From Candidatus Nanoarchaeia archaeon (GTDB taxonomy: Archaea; Nanobdellota; Nanobdellia; Woesearchaeales; GW2011-AR4): DNA of 64,000 nt. The notes beneath the pieces are model-generated. The model searched no databases. It was not told where the DNA came from and worked only from the letters and a program-made list of their open reading frames with translations. The position numbers were made by a program, and so were the translations under genes. Location: positions 3,945 through 67,944 of the forward strand of contig DATDZA010000016.1 in the NCBI GenBank assembly GCA_035288865.1, read 5' to 3'. How positions within the stretch are numbered: position 1 is the stretch's first letter; each line of letters opens with the position of its first letter. Below are positions 63,103 through 64,000 of this stretch, one piece after another.

Positions 63103-64000
63103 CTATATTTCCCTTATCTCCAGAATCTCAATATTCTTCCTCGGATTTACATCAGAAACCAAAAGGGTTTTGTCTCCTTTGGCCAGGAATTTCTGTGATT
63201 TAAGCATTTCAATTGCATTTGTTGCCATCAAATCATAATTTTCGGAGAAATTAACCGTAAATGAAAAAGTTCCCCAATAAATCATAAGCTTTCTCTTCAC
63301 TTCCTCATCGTCGGTAAAAACAAAGATGTCTACATTCGGCCTTCTTTTTGCAACCAAGCTTAACAGTTTTCCTGTCTTTGAAAAAACAATTATTGCCTTT
63401 GCATCAAGATAATCCGCGTTGATGCATGCACCGAAAGTTATTGCTTCCTTAACATCTTTTGTTTTCAATCTTCCAGCATCAAATTGCAATTTTTCCTGAA
63501 CTTTTTTTGCAATGACGTGCATTGTGCTTATGCATTCAGCCGGGTATTCTCCTTTTGTCGTCTCACCGGATAGCATTATACAGTCAGCCTTCTGAAAAAC
63601 TGCATTTGCCACGTCTGTAACTTCAGCTCTTGTCGGGCGCGGGTTTGTGATCATCGATTCAAGAAGCTGGGTAGCGACTATCACCGGCTTTCCGGCAGCA
63701 ATGCATTTGTCAACCATTGTTTTCTGCACTAGCGGAATTTCCTCAATTGGAATCTCAACACCCAAATCTCCCCGTGCAACCATTATCCCGTCGGCCTCGT
63801 TGATAATTTCATCCATGTTGTCAATTCCTTCCTGATCCTCGATTTTTGCAATAATCATTGCACTTGAGCCAAACTGCTCGAGAACTTTCCTCATCTGCCT
63901 GATATCTTCTTTTCTTCTTACAAATGACTGCGCCACATAATCCATCCCGTATTTTGCTCCAATCTTCAAATCCTGAATGTCTTTTTTTGTCACTGAAGGC
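63103..64000 (-). CDS. pyk: Pyruvate kinase, C-terminal ~300 codons; the 5' end lies beyond the window
   Basis: The frame stays open to base 64000. Motifs IAKIEDQEGI, MVARGDLGVEIP, VATQLLESM and MLSGETTKGEYP. Confidence 0.9.
   Translation of the reverse strand, partial: PSVTKKDIQDLKIGAKYGMDYVAQSFVRRKEDIRQMRKVLEQFGSSAMIIAKIEDQEGIDNMDEIINEADGIMVARGDLGVEIPIEEIPLVQKTMVDKCIAAGKPVIVATQLLESMITNPRPTRAEVTDVANAVFQKADCIMLSGETTKGEYPAECISTMHVIAKKVQEKLQFDAGRLKTKDVKEAITFGACINADYLDAKAIIVFSKTGKLLSLVAKRRPNVDIFVFTDDEEVKRKLMIYWGTFSFTVNFSENYDLMATNAIEMLKSQKFLAKGDKTLLVSDVNPRKNIEILEIREI

Overview
AT-rich, gene-dense window of about 80 coding genes. It looks like a small-genome, DPANN-like archaeon. Archaeal markers are TFE, Elp3, an Nre-family protein, archaeal-type AlaRS and endonuclease-type (bulge-helix-bulge, BHB) tRNA introns. 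These sit beside many bacterial-type enzymes: AroK-type shikimate kinase, type I GAPDH and bacterial-type adenylate kinase.

Core content:
- a shikimate/aromatic amino acid operon (AroK-AroD-AroE fusion, aroC, chorismate mutase/tyrA, pheA)
- a P2-type cation ATPase, RsmB/NOP2-like methyltransferase, PolX, gap, truD and adk
- a YchF-like GTPase, SMC, and the leuA-ilvE-leuC-leuD-leuB cluster
- alaS, pdxST, mdh, an aspartase-family lyase, lpd-like oxidoreductase and a partial pyruvate kinase

No rRNA gene or CRISPR array was seen.

The standout feature is a complete diversity-generating retroelement (DGR) on the minus strand at 13.7-15.9 kb. A 94-nt template repeat (TR) sits just upstream of a DGR-type reverse transcriptase (RT). 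It matches a variable repeat (VR) inside the neighbouring gene, and all 11 mismatches fall on TR adenines. The DGR lies in an accessory-looking stretch (9.9-15.9 kb) that also holds:
- a frameshifted Bro-N-like gene remnant
- an Elp3 gene with a ~120-codon insertion that carries a 56-nt repeat element
- a free-standing LAGLIDADG endonuclease gene

All three tRNA genes I could find are interrupted:
- tRNA-Ser(GGA) has two introns
- tRNA-Gly(UCC) has a 16-nt T-loop intron
- a tRNA-Thr(UGU)-like gene has a 12-nt intron and a degenerate T-loop

Every call rests on reading the sequence and recognising motifs. No database search or folding program was run.
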